From positions 544,001-608,000 of the forward strand of contig CAWGMA010000003.1 in the NCBI GenBank assembly GCA_963823555.1: a stretch of 64,000 nucleotides of DNA, given 5' to 3'. Both the position numbers and the translations under genes were made by a program. Under the pieces are notes generated by a model. It had not been told where the DNA came from. It was given only the letters and a program-made list of their open reading frames with translations, and made no database searches. The stretch's first letter is position 1. Every line of letters starts with the position of its first letter. Below are positions 51,454 to 61,769 of this stretch, in pieces. The DNA is from Candidatus Eiseniibacteriota bacterium (GTDB lineage: Bacteria > Eisenbacteria > RBG-16-71-46 > CAVPCR01).

Positions 51454-52903
51454 CGCGCCTGGATTCTACATCGGACCCAATAACGGGTGCGGTTTGTCTT
51501 TCAATGGGCGGAATGCGCTTCTTCTGTCCGAGGGTGGCCCGGATGTCACAGTCTGCGACGGGAGCAATGTCTGCCAATGGATGGGCATTGGCCCTCAAGA
51601 GCCTATGGCCGCCGTGTCCGGATTCACGGTGATTCAGGGCGCTTCTTCCGGTGCACTCCTCATCAGAGACTCGACGCCCACCATTTCCAACTGCGTATTC
51701 TCACAATGCACTGTTGATGGAGCAGTGACCATCGACGGTGCGGCAGCGCCTACGTTTGTAGACTGTCGGTTTGAAGGGAACGAAGATCCCCTGCCCTCAG
51801 GTGTGCCAGCCAGCGTCAACGCTGCAGTAGTTGTGGACGAGGGCGCCCAACCGTCATTCATCCGGTGCCAATTTACGAGCAACGTGGGCGCCTTGGCTGT
51901 CGCCAATGGCTCTGGCGCCACCTTGGTTGACTGTGTCTTCGTGGAAAATTGGGATAGCGAGAAGGGGTGCTTTGAGATCGCCGGCTCTATGGCAACGCTG
52001 CAGGGGTGCTCGTTCTCCGGCAACGGCGCATATTCCGGGCATGGGGGTGCCATCTTCGCTAGAGCCTCGACCTTGGAGCTTACTGGCTGTTCCTTCGCTG
52101 ACAATGTTGCGATTCAAGGGAATGGAGGTGCGATCTACATCGATCACACGTCCTCAAGCATCGTGTCATGCACTCTTGCAGATAACACTTCAGTTGGTGG
52201 CGTTGGCGGGGGGATCGCACTCGACTCAAGCGAGACAGTGATGTCGCGCACTGATCTTGTAGGGAACTCAGCAACTCTAGGGTCTGGTCTCGCCGTGTTG
52301 CGGGGATCGTCGGCAGGTGTTCAGAACGCGATCGTTGCATTTGGTGTGCAGGGATCGGCCGCTCTCTGCGGAGGGAATAGCTTGTTGATCATGTCTTGTT
52401 CTGACATCTACGGGAATACTGGAGGAGACTGGACCGCTTGTCTCTCCGGCCAGCTCGGGATCAACGGCAACTTCAGTGCCGATCCGCAATTCTGCGATGC
52501 TGAAGGCGGCGACTTCAGAATATCCGGCAACTCCCCATGCTCACCGCAGAATGCGCCTCAAGGGTGTGGCCTCATTGGCGCCATGCCAATTGGGTGTGAG
52601 ACAACGGCGCTAGCTGAAGAGCAAGTACCGCCAAGCGGCGGATGGCTGTCGATAGCCCCGAACCCCGTGCGCGGCGTCGCCGAGTTCTCTCTCGAAGGTG
52701 CTGGCCCGCGAGTCCTTAGTATCTTCGATTCGCAGGGACGTCTGGTCGAGCGCCTCGCGGGAAGCGATGGCCGCTGGACTTGGACCCCGGGCGCGTTGAC
52801 GGCGGGCGTCTACTTCGCGAGGCTGGACGGGGGCGGGATCGGAGAGACAGTCAAGTTTCTCTACCTACGATGAATTGGATGACACCTCTGGTCACGGAGG
52901 ACC

Positions 52904-53848
52904 ATGGCCATGCGTTCTCGTTGGTTGACCCGTGTGCGTTGGCTCATGTTGATGGCGATGGCGAGCACGGCTGTCTCTGCCGTGGCGAGCGAGCGGCAAC
53001 TTACGATGCGCCCCTCGCTTGACGGCCAGCCAGCTTGGTCGCCGGACGGGCGCTGGATCGCCTTCATCTCGATCCCGCCGCCACCGCTCTCTCCGCCGGA
53101 CATCTGGGTCATGCGAGCAGATGGCGCCGACGCAGCGCAACTGACAGCAACCGACGCCTCGTGGGATTCGAATCCGGATTGGTCGCCTGACGGCGAGTGG
53201 ATCGCTTACACATCCCACGTGTTTCCGCAGCTGAATCCCGACATCTGGGCGATGCTTGCGGCCGGTGGTTCCGGGGTCCCGCTGACCTCCGATCCCGGGG
53301 CTGAGTCACACCCGGCGTGGTCTCCGGATGGCTCGCTGATCGCGTTCAACGCGACGCGCGATGGGAACTCCGACATCTGGGTCATGCCGGCGGGAGGAGG
53401 AGGAGCGACGCGGCTCACGGTCGACCCGGCGGAAGACTACCAGCCAGTCTGGTCCCCGGATGGTTCGGAGATCGCCTTCACCTCGTGGCGTGGCGGTACC
53501 TCGGACATCTGGATCATGCCGGCGACCGGAGGGCCAGCTCGCCAGATCACGGACTTCCCGACCTACGAGTCGCAGCCAGATTGGGCGCCCGATGGTAGGT
53601 GGATAGCCTACGTCTCTTCCCGAAACGGCAATGAGGACATCTGGGTCGTGGGGGCGTCAGGCGGGACGCCCGCGCAGCTCACGGCCGAGCCCGGGACCGA
53701 CGACGAGCCGGCGTGGTCCCCGAACGGTCGTGAGATCGCCTTTGAATCCGATCGAACAGGGAACCTGGAGGTCTGGGTTCTGGATGTTGACCTTCCCGTA
53801 GCGATCGGGCCGACAAGCTGGGGTGCCGTCAAGGTGCTCTTCCGATGA
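52904..53848 (+). CDS. TolB-like PD40-repeat beta-propeller, secreted
   Basis: Signal peptide; six P-x-W-(S/A)-P-(D/N)-G-xx-IA repeats; C-terminal PTSWGAVKVLFR. Confidence 0.9.
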   Translation: MAMRSRWLTRVRWLMLMAMASTAVSAVASERQLTMRPSLDGQPAWSPDGRWIAFISIPPPPLSPPDIWVMRADGADAAQLTATDASWDSNPDWSPDGEWIAYTSHVFPQLNPDIWAMLAAGGSGVPLTSDPGAESHPAWSPDGSLIAFNATRDGNSDIWVMPAGGGGATRLTVDPAEDYQPVWSPDGSEIAFTSWRGGTSDIWIMPATGGPARQITDFPTYESQPDWAPDGRWIAYVSSRNGNEDIWVVGASGGTPAQLTAEPGTDDEPAWSPNGREIAFESDRTGNLEVWVLDVDLPVAIGPTSWGAVKVLFR

Positions 53849-53950
53849 GGGGTCTGGGATCCGTGGCGAGCTTCACTCCTTCCTCTCGCGGATGGTGGCC
53901 CCGCCGCCCGTCGCCCGGCCGCCAGCGGGTCCCCCTCAGGCCGACCCCGG

Positions 53951-54090
53951 AATCGGGGCATCCCCTCCCGCCCAACCGGCCGAAAAGGGGCATCCCCTCG
54001 GGCGGACATGGCCGATTTGGGGCATCGGCCTTCCCGGAACCCCCCGAAAAGGGGCATGGCATCCCGGCCAACCGGCCCAAAAGGGGCATC
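53951..54090 (+). repeat. Five GGGGCAT motifs at an exact 32-bp period
   Basis: GGGGCAT starts at 53955, 53987, 54019, 54051, 54083; three are preceded by AAAA; inverted copy at 54237-54246. Confidence 0.85.
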
Positions 54091-54550
54091 GGAAACCGGG
54101 TCATGGGCAGAAAGAGGCGTCCAGGCGGGGAGACCGAGAATGCCCTAACCCGTTATCCTGTCGTCTGATGTGCGGTCTTGTGCACCTGCCGAGGGGCAGC
54201 CAGAACGCGATTTTGGGGCTGATTCCTGCCCATGAAATGCCCCTTTGAGGCCCGGAAGCCCCGGAAACTGCCGCCAACCTGCCCGTCTCAGCCGTCCAGA
54301 AGCCGTGATCCTGCCGTCCTGCTGCCCGCCTCGGGCTATCTTGTCGCCTTCCGACGGAAAGGCGACATGAGTTCAATAACGGCGTGGAGGCGCAGGATGC
54401 TGCGGCACGTAGATAGCTGTGGTTCATCGTCGTAAACGGTGTACTTCGCGTTCAGTAGACACCTGTCTTGAACAAGGGGCACACCTGAGCCAGCACACCG
54501 CAAGCCAGCGCGAGGCGCTGCCTGCCGGCGGCGGTCTCCGGGAGGCGCGG

Positions 54551-55036
54551 TTAGGGATACACCGCCTTTATGCGGCCCCACGTCGTTGGCTCGATCGCCA
54601 TCGTAGAGCAAGGGGCCGCTACCGCCCCAACGACCTGGAATATGCGATGGCAACCGATAGCTCCGCAGTTGAAAAACGAACCGAGCAGCCTCACCTCCTG
54701 GCCCAGCAGGGGACCCAAGTCCACGCTGTCGCTTTCCAGAAAGAATCCACCGTACTGGCCGCAGCGTAGTAGGCAGAATGGCCTGAAGCAGCACTCCGGA
54801 ATGGTAATACAATCGTTCCGGAGTTGACCGGAGACCTCAAGCGTGTCGGTGGGCGTCGGTGCTCCAGAGACACGGATATCGTTCTCCGGACCCTGCAACG
54901 GCCCTGCGGTCTCTCCGATCGCCCACCGCGCTGTCGATATCCAGATGCCCATGATAAACGCCAAGGCCCACCCGGTGGCTTGCAGTGCCGCCCAAAGTGC
55001 GACTCCTCGATCAGGTGAGGTTCTGCTTGCGTTCAT
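54551..55036 (-). CDS. Hypothetical exported Cys-rich protein with C-terminal TWGRIK motif
   Basis: Hydrophobic N-terminus; ends IEPTTWGRIKAVYP. Confidence 0.7.
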   Translation of the reverse strand: MNASRTSPDRGVALWAALQATGWALAFIMGIWISTARWAIGETAGPLQGPENDIRVSGAPTPTDTLEVSGQLRNDCITIPECCFRPFCLLRCGQYGGFFLESDSVDLGPLLGQEVRLLGSFFNCGAIGCHRIFQVVGAVAAPCSTMAIEPTTWGRIKAVYP

Positions 55037-55080
55037 TTCCTAGCCCTCCGCTCCGACAGTTCACTGTCCTCACCCCCCCC

Positions 55081-57501
55081 TTAGCGTTGGATGACAAGCT
55101 TCCCACGCCCCACAGTGGCCTCGTCAATGTGGAGCGTGTAGAAGTACGGGCCGTTCGAAACCCCATGTCCCCCGGAATTGCGCCCGTCCCACCAGAACCA
55201 CCGCCGGCCCGCAGGCATCCGCTCGGGTCCCAGGCTCCGAACCAGCCTGCCACTAACATCGTAGATCCGAAGTGCCGTGTTGCCCACTCGTGGCAGCTCC
55301 ATCTGCACCCGAACCCGTTCGCCGATACTCGGTCCGGGCCACGTGTCCACCCGCAGCGGCTCCGTCCCCGCACCGTCGGTCGCCGTGATGGTGGCCTGTG
55401 CGATGGCGGTGAAGGCAATCCGTGCCTGGTCGTAGTGATACGGCACAAAGAGAGGCGGAAGATCTGGCCGATGGACCTCGTAGACATAGGTTTCCAGCGT
55501 CACGACTGTCGCGCTCACGTGCACGACGCTTGCCCAGGATGGCGGGGTATCGTAGTAGTCGATGGGGTTCGATGCCGGCCACCCGATCGTGCCGGAGATT
55601 CGGTACCACACGGCCGGAGGCTCCAGGAACGCTGAGTCGAACTCATGCGTTGCCGTCAGCCTGTAGCGGATCGTCTCATACGTTCCATCCGTGAGCCCGG
55701 GAACTCGACTGAACGCCTGGTTCAGGAGAACCTGGTCCGATACCACAGGATCAAGCTGCCGTTGCTCGACTGCCTTGAATGGCGCGACGAACAGGAGAGC
55801 GGCGTCAGCCCTCACGAGTCCGTGTCCGGTTTCCACATCAAAGTGGGGCGGACCCACATCCCTCGCGGTTCGGATCATGATTTGGCCAAAGTCCTCTCCC
55901 ATGAGGACGGGTCTGTACGACTCAAGGAGGGCGGCAATCCCGCTGACAAAGGGCGCCGCCGCGGACGTGCCGGTAAAGCCGTCCGAGACACAAAGAGGGT
56001 GTGCGGGGTCCATGTCATAGTACTGGTTGAAGCGGCGCGTTGTAGCGATCGCCTTTCCGCCGGGGGCACACACATCAATCCAGGAGCCGTATGTCGAGCC
56101 GGGTCCCCAGCCAGGATCACATCCTTCAACATCTTGGTCGCGCCACCGCTGTCCGTTCAAGTAGAGAGCTCCAACGGCGAACACCGTATGTTCATGGGCA
56201 GCCGGATAGAACCGCATGGTACTATTGACATTGCCCATAATCGAGACAAGGAACGACCCAGCGAGGGCGCCAGTGCGCGCCGCATCGGCTTCGAGCGGAT
56301 TGAAGGCGCCTCCGTAATAGCTCATGTTGAGGATCGGGATACGCCGCTGCTGTGCCCAGTAGATGCCATACGCGCTAATGATGGCGGAGCCGAATCCTCC
56401 GGAGTCGATGACTTTGACAGCCACCCCCGTTGGCGACCAACTGACGCCGACGACTCCCTCATCATTGTTTCCGGTAGCACCGATGATGCCGGCAACGGCT
56501 GTGCCGTGTCCGTTGTCGTCCCAAGGAGGGCTATTGGGGGAGACGTAGTTGAAGCCGCTCCGCATGCGTGGCGCGAGATCGACATGCATCGTGTCAATTC
56601 CGGTGTCGAGAATAGCCACCCATGCCGAGGTGGTCCCCGTGTGCAGGTCCCATGCCTCTCTGGCGTTGATGTCGATGTCGTCGCCGATGCCCCATTGCCC
56701 AACGTTGTGGAGGCCTGTCTGTCGTGGATAGAAAGTATCATTCGGGTCGTTCCCGGCAACGCGCAGATGGTCCGCTGTTACGTACACGGTCCCGTTCTGG
56801 TGCTGGAGCATGTAGACAGCCGTCAGAGCATGGTGGCCGGCCGCCATCGAAGCGAGGTAGATAGTGGACAGGTCATCGAGGATGATATCCTTGCCGAGGT
56901 CGTTTGTAGAATAGATGCTGTGTTGGTCGAATGAGGGTAGCCATTTCGTCAATGCGATCACGTGTGCCGCGGAAAGAGCGGCAGCGAGCCCCGGCACAGT
57001 GAAGTGGTAGGCGTCCAAGGGACCGCTGGCTGGTGCGCCTTTTGCCACTGCACCTGGATTGAACCTGATGATGATACGGTCGGCACGTGCACCTATCCCG
57101 TTGCAGGTCCAGTTGGAAATGGGGATGGGAGGCAGCGCATTACCTGCGTTTGACGATCTCACAGTCAAGGATCCGTGCCTGGCACCCTCTTCGGTTGGGC
57201 AGGCGCGAATGACGACCGGGATGCTTCTGCCACCAGGGACCGCGGCCGGCAAGGTTGGAGCAACAGCGATGGTGTAACCAGCCCCAGTGACGGTCAGTTC
57301 GGTAATGTAGAGCGTTGACGTGGGGTCCTCGCTCATATTCGAGATGGTACCGACGAGGTCAGTGCAGTAGCCCACAGTGACACACCCGAAGTCGAGCGTG
57401 TCGGGGCTGAAACCCATGATCGGAGTCAGCGGTGTGGAAAGGCAGAGGTTGGGGAAAGCGAAGGTGGCGACCATGATATAGGCGGGCAGATGGCGGCACA
57501 T
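55081..57501 (-). CDS. S8 (subtilisin-like) serine peptidase with N-terminal Ig-like domain and C-terminal FlgD-like domain
   Basis: AAGGAGG SD before ATG 57501; triad ILDTG / NGHGTAVAG / GTSAAAP; IYDVSGRLVR...WDGRN...GPYF. Confidence 0.92.
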   Translation of the reverse strand: MCRHLPAYIMVATFAFPNLCLSTPLTPIMGFSPDTLDFGCVTVGYCTDLVGTISNMSEDPTSTLYITELTVTGAGYTIAVAPTLPAAVPGGRSIPVVIRACPTEEGARHGSLTVRSSNAGNALPPIPISNWTCNGIGARADRIIIRFNPGAVAKGAPASGPLDAYHFTVPGLAAALSAAHVIALTKWLPSFDQHSIYSTNDLGKDIILDDLSTIYLASMAAGHHALTAVYMLQHQNGTVYVTADHLRVAGNDPNDTFYPRQTGLHNVGQWGIGDDIDINAREAWDLHTGTTSAWVAILDTGIDTMHVDLAPRMRSGFNYVSPNSPPWDDNGHGTAVAGIIGATGNNDEGVVGVSWSPTGVAVKVIDSGGFGSAIISAYGIYWAQQRRIPILNMSYYGGAFNPLEADAARTGALAGSFLVSIMGNVNSTMRFYPAAHEHTVFAVGALYLNGQRWRDQDVEGCDPGWGPGSTYGSWIDVCAPGGKAIATTRRFNQYYDMDPAHPLCVSDGFTGTSAAAPFVSGIAALLESYRPVLMGEDFGQIMIRTARDVGPPHFDVETGHGLVRADAALLFVAPFKAVEQRQLDPVVSDQVLLNQAFSRVPGLTDGTYETIRYRLTATHEFDSAFLEPPAVWYRISGTIGWPASNPIDYYDTPPSWASVVHVSATVVTLETYVYEVHRPDLPPLFVPYHYDQARIAFTAIAQATITATDGAGTEPLRVDTWPGPSIGERVRVQMELPRVGNTALRIYDVSGRLVRSLGPERMPAGRRWFWWDGRNSGGHGVSNGPYFYTLHIDEATVGRGKLVIQR

Positions 57502-58015
57502 CGAACGTCCTCCTTGGCGGGGCAATGCTGCTCGCGGTGGTCGTGGCGCGGTTGGCGACGAATGGCAAGCGGATGGTGGCATGTGCCTCGGGACGTCGGA
57601 TGATGCGGCGAGTGGGGGGATGCTGAACTCGGTGCCATGAACCACGCCAATCCGGATTGCGCGAGGGGCTTGTGTTCTCGCGGCGCCCGGATCGGCGCTC
57701 AAGGGTGAGAGGGTGTTCGCGGCATCTCGGGCGGTCATGGCGGACCTCCTAAAGGGCTCCCGAGGGAGTCCGGCCCCCAGCCCCGGGCGGGGCGCGCGAG
57801 GCCAGAGGTCTTGGGAACCATGCTGCGCCCCTCGGTTGGCCCGTGCAAGGGGGATTCGCTGAGCCGGGGCAACTTGACCTGCAATCCCCGTTGTGCATCT
57901 GTCCAGCAATGTCGAGGCGGCTCAGGCGGGCCATCTGCTTGTGCAGACACGACTTCCCCGCTCTTGGCCGATCGCAGTGCGGCATCGGCCACGCCGGGCG
58001 TAGTGTCCGAGAATA

Positions 58016-58084
58016 GTGCGCCGTGGCAAGGTGGCGACTTCCAGCGGGTGCAAGTCCCGCCCGGCGACGGGTCGCTCCAGCCGG
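58016..58084 (+). mobile_element. 5'-terminal stub of a group II intron
   Basis: Starts with GTGCG, then CCGTGGCAAGGTGGCG...GCGGGTGCAAGTCCCGC (GNRA-type hairpin)...GCTCCAGCCGG, resembling bacterial group II domain I starts; no RT ORF or domain V seen. Confidence 0.6.
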
Positions 58085-58092
58085 AATCCGTC

Positions 58093-58572
58093 TCAGCACA
58101 CCATCCCCCTCAGCCTCTCGAACATCTCCTCGTCGCTCGGGTAGATGTACGCCGTGGTCGTGAGCGGGCTCGCGTGGCGGGCGAACCGCTGGGCGAGGAA
58201 GAGGTCGCGGGTGGCGAGGTAGACACAAGTTATTGCGGCATGGCGCAAACTGTGGAACGGATACAGCCGCGAGAACCCGGCGACGACCTGCCACGCGCGA
58301 AATAGGACCTGGACGCGGCGTCGTGAGATTCGTCGGCGTCCCTGGTTGCAGAAGAGCGGGGCCGAGGGGTCCACGCGCTCGTGGCGCGCCTGCTTGTAGA
58401 GCCAGAAGCGCGCCAGCTTCGCCACCAGCGCGTCGGGTAGAAACACGTCTCCCGCTCGCCCGCCCTTGGCTATCTCGGCGCGGAGACGAACGCGGGCGCG
58501 CGGTGACCCGTCTTCGAAGAACACGTCACCCACGTTGAGCCCGACGATCTCCCCGAGGCGGAGGCCGGTGCC
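58093..58572 (-). pseudogene. Tyrosine recombinase, N-terminally truncated (copy 1)
   Basis: [29 protein letters not shown]. Confidence 0.88.
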
Positions 58573-59267
58573 GCTCCGCCGATCTCGGCGGCGCGCTCGC
58601 CACTGGCGCGAGCGCCATCCTGAGAAACTGCACTCTGTACCAGAACACGGGGTTGGGTCCGGAGGGCGCAGGTGCCGGGCTCTGGATCGGCGCGGCCCAG
58701 GGGGTCACGGTCGAGAACACGATCATCGCTGCCAGCACGCAGGGGCAGGCCATCACGTGCCACGTCGGCATCGTGATGATGAGCTGTAACGACATCTTCG
58801 GCAACGCGGGTGGCGACTACGTCGGTTGCATCAGCGGCTCCGAGGGCGTTGACGGGAACATCTCTGCCGACCCGCAGTTCTGCGACGCTGGCGGCGAGGC
58901 CTTCACCTTGAACGCCGCGTCGCCGTGCGCGCCAGCGAACGCACCTCCTGGCTGTGGGCTGATCGGCGCGTTTGACGTGGGCTGTGGGCAGGCCGCGATC
59001 GAGGAGGGTGGAGTGGCCGCAGCCCGGCCGCTCATCTCGCTCACGCCTAATCCGGTCTGGTCTTCGGCGCAGATTGCAGTGCGCGGGCCCATGCCTGGGC
59101 GAATCATCGAGATCATCACGACGGCTGGTCGAGTTATCGACGCTCTCCGCGCTGATGCGGGTGGCGGGATCACGTGGCACCCATCCCGCGACCTGCCGTC
59201 GGGGGTCTACTTCGCCCGCCTGAGGGGCGGCGAGACGGGCACCGCGCGCTTCGTTCTCATTCGGTAG
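58573..59267 (+). pseudogene. 5'-truncated beta-helix protein with C-terminal sorting-like domain (paralogue of 49727-52873)
   Basis: Frame open from the recombinase junction; GNISADPQFCD...SPCAPANAPPGCGLIGA...PNP...GVYFARL; no start or signal peptide. Confidence 0.8.
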
Positions 59268-59269
59268 CG

Positions 59270-59487
59270 CCATCCCTTCGCGATCTCGCGCCGAAGGTGA
59301 CCCGCGTGCGCGGTGTGCCGTCGTCGAAGAACACGTCTGCCACGTTCAAGCCGACGATCTCGCCGAGCCGGAGGCCGGTGCCGAGGGCCACCGAGAAAAT
59401 CAGGTGGTCGCGGGGGTGGGTGAAGGTGGCTTGCAGGAGTGCGCGCTGCTCGGCCTGGGTGAGGGTCGGGGGACTGAGATAGGGCAT
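59270..59487 (-). pseudogene. Tyrosine recombinase N-terminal fragment (copy 2)
   Basis: [18 protein letters not shown]...[26 protein letters not shown], truncated near EIAK. Confidence 0.85.
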
Positions 59488-59575
59488 GGATCGCCTCGCG
59501 GGATGACGGTGACGAGATGAGGGTCCCTGCCGGCGAGGGGAAGATCAAGCCTGCACCGGGTCGCATGGCAAGGCC

Positions 59576-59656
59576 GTCGCGCGGGTGTCCTTCGCTCACG
59601 CCCAGCAGGGCTCGCTGCTCGGCGGCGGTCAGGGTCGGTGGGGATAGGTGGGGCAC
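59576..59656 (-). pseudogene. Tyrosine recombinase N-terminal fragment (copy 3)
   Basis: GGAGG then GTG; (M)PHLSPPTLTAAEQRALL...HPRD. Confidence 0.75.
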
Positions 59657-59716
59657 CGGTATCCTCCGGGGCCGGGACCATGGTGCCTCGGGGTGGTGGG
59701 GGGGCAAGCCTGCAGG

Positions 59717-59795
59717 GCGGGGTGACGTCGGCACCAGCGAACGGTTGGGTGGCCTGCTCAAACACTATCACCGGTCGGGCGGCTTGAGAGCTTGA
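59717..59795 (+). pseudogene. 3' tail of an integrase-core (rve) transposase
   Basis: ERLGGLLKHYHR, a C-terminal signature I associate with such transposases. Confidence 0.5.
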
Positions 59796-59819
59796 GATGG
59801 GCGTTGCCGATCGAGTTAC

Positions 59820-60003
59820 CGGATACTGCGCGATCCGGATCTTCTCCTCGGCGGAGTAGCGGCGGAGGGCCTTCCGGCGGATCTCGCGGACGACGACTCG
59901 GGACCGAGTTCATAGGCCATGGCTCACCCCCCGGGTTCGGCGTATAATGGAGATGAAGTGTCTCTTCGTTTCAGACCTTGACTTGGTCCCATTGAGGCTG
60001 ACA
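59820..60003 (-). mobile_element. Left-end remnant of an IS3-like element
   Basis: Minus strand begins TGTCAGCCTCAATGGGACC; encodes VVREIRRKALRRYSAEEKIRI, then is truncated. Confidence 0.65.
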
Positions 60004-60054
60004 CGAGACAACGAACCACCCCTTCCCCGGGACGGCAGAAAGGAGAGGGCAATC

Positions 60055-61719
60055 ATGCGTCTTCTGCTCCTTGCGATCACCATTGCGACCCTGACACCGC
60101 TATCCGCGTTCTCGACCGAGTTGCCTGGTGGCGTAGCCGACGGAGACACCTTGCGCGCGGACGAGTCGCCCTATTCACTCACTGGAGACCTGCTGGTTCT
60201 GGGTCTGTTTGTCGAACCGGGTGTTGTCGTGGAGGCGGCGGGAAACTACGAGATCCACGTTGTGGGCCTGCTGGTTGCGGTCGGTACGCAGACCGATTCG
60301 ATTAGCTTTACGGCGGCAGACACCGTGGCGGGATGGCAGGGGATGTTCTTCGATCAGAGCTTCCCCGCAACTGAGATCGCCTTTTGCCGCATCGCGAGAT
60401 CGCTCAATAGCGGCATTCGTATCAATAACGCATCGCCGACAGTACGCAACTGCTTGGTCACGGACAACTCGGCGCGGATTGGTGCTGGCTTGCGGATCAG
60501 CGGATCGCTTGAGGTTATGCTCACCAGGTGCGTCATCGAGGGAAACGGATACCAAGGGGATGCTCCGCGGGGCGGCGGCATCTATACAACTGCACCCCTG
60601 GCGCTCGATCACTGCGAGATTGTCAACAATACGATCGACGACTTTCGAGTAGGCGATTGCTTCGGCACGGGGGACGCCTCTGCCCTTGGCGGGGGGATTT
60701 ACGCTGAAGGCGACCTGACCCTTCAGAACGTCGTGGTGGCAGGGAACGTCGCCAACTCAAGAGGCGGACACGAGAACTCCCGCGGCGGAGGCGTCTACTT
60801 GTCAGGAACTCTGACGGCGCACAACTCAGTAGTGCTTCAGAATGTGGCTTCAGCTGGCGGGTGCAACGTTGGTGGTGGTGCCGTTGGCTATGGAGGCGGG
60901 ATTTATCTGGCAGGGAGCGCGTCTATGGGGAACTGTATCGTGTCGGAGTGCAATACGCGCACTTCTGGGGGAGGAGTATACGTCTCTGGATCCGCGACTC
61001 TTGAGAATTGCACGATTGTCTATTGCGGTCCGCCCTCGACCGGGGGCGCCGGTGGCTTGGCCGCCACAGGCGGGAGTAGCGTGGAGTTAAGAAACTGCAT
61101 CGTCTACTTCAACTTGCCGTCACAGCTTTCGGGGCCGACCGTGGCAACGTTTAGCGATGTCGAAGGCGGATGGCCAGGTGAAGGCAACATCAGTCAGCAT
61201 CCTCTGATCGTCCTCAACCCCGAGGAGCCGTGCCATCTTGCGATCCGTTCGGGTTCTCCGTGTGTGGATGGGGGTGACCCTTCGCCGGCGTTTAACGATC
61301 TCTGCTTCCCACCGTCCTGTGGGACATCGCGCAACGACATGGGTGCGCATGGGGGGCCCGGAGGTTGCGAGTGGCCATCTGACGAGTGCGACGTTATCAC
61401 GGCGATAGCGGACGGCCGACAGAGTGCGGCAATCCCAGCAACCCCGGTGATGGGACTGCTCTGTGCACCGAATCCATCACGCTTTGGCTTTGACATTGGG
61501 TACACGTTGCAGCGGAGTTCCTATGTCAGGGGTGAGGTCTTAGACGTGACTGGTCGACTGGTTCGACTGATCGAGGACTCGACGAAGGACGGAGGACCGC
61601 ACTCCGTTCGGTGGGATGGTCGCGATGAACACGGACGGTACGCTGCAAGAGGAGTTTACTTCGTGCGTGTAACGGGTGCGGGGGGGATGGGAACGGCGCG
61701 CGTGGTGTTGCTTCGATAA
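60055..61719 (+). CDS. Secreted right-handed beta-helix protein with C-terminal FlgD-like domain
   Basis: AAGGAG SD, signal peptide, GGGIY repeats, SPCVDGG...NDMGAHGG, PNP...DVTGRLV...WDGRD...GVYF. Confidence 0.88.
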   Translation: MRLLLLAITIATLTPLSAFSTELPGGVADGDTLRADESPYSLTGDLLVLGLFVEPGVVVEAAGNYEIHVVGLLVAVGTQTDSISFTAADTVAGWQGMFFDQSFPATEIAFCRIARSLNSGIRINNASPTVRNCLVTDNSARIGAGLRISGSLEVMLTRCVIEGNGYQGDAPRGGGIYTTAPLALDHCEIVNNTIDDFRVGDCFGTGDASALGGGIYAEGDLTLQNVVVAGNVANSRGGHENSRGGGVYLSGTLTAHNSVVLQNVASAGGCNVGGGAVGYGGGIYLAGSASMGNCIVSECNTRTSGGGVYVSGSATLENCTIVYCGPPSTGGAGGLAATGGSSVELRNCIVYFNLPSQLSGPTVATFSDVEGGWPGEGNISQHPLIVLNPEEPCHLAIRSGSPCVDGGDPSPAFNDLCFPPSCGTSRNDMGAHGGPGGCEWPSDECDVITAIADGRQSAAIPATPVMGLLCAPNPSRFGFDIGYTLQRSSYVRGEVLDVTGRLVRLIEDSTKDGGPHSVRWDGRDEHGRYAARGVYFVRVTGAGGMGTARVVLLR

Positions 61720-61769
61720 GTCGCTCAAGGAGGCTCGCGCGGAGCGGCCCGACTCAGCAACTGCCTTCT

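Larger units (their letters stand above)
49727..52873 (+). pseudogene. Secreted right-handed beta-helix protein with C-terminal FlgD/T9SS-like domain, interrupted by IS256
   Basis: SD GAGGAGG; signal peptide then ATIRVPSEQPTIQAGINAA...DTVLVAPG; removing the IS and one TSD restores VAPG-FYIGP in frame; N-x-GGAI repeats; PNP...IFDSQGRLV...GVYF. Confidence 0.88.

Noticed and set aside
49973..52873. 966-aa ORF as a genuine single gene
   Set aside because: Its first half is the antisense of the IS256 transposase; the IRs and TSD show an insertion into a gene starting at 49727.
53951..54090. CRISPR array
   Set aside because: The conserved unit is only about 7-15 bp with a 32-bp period, and no cas genes are present in the window.
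54424..54456. dif/Xer-like site (TCGTCGTAAACGGTGTACTTCGCGTTCAGT)
   Set aside because: Only loose resemblance to XerC/XerD arms; spacing and the XerD arm do not fit well enough to call.
57502..57909. N-terminal 136 codons of the 942-aa S8 ORF
   Set aside because: Low-complexity Pro/Arg/Ala sequence; a strong SD and signal-like sequence support the start at 57501.
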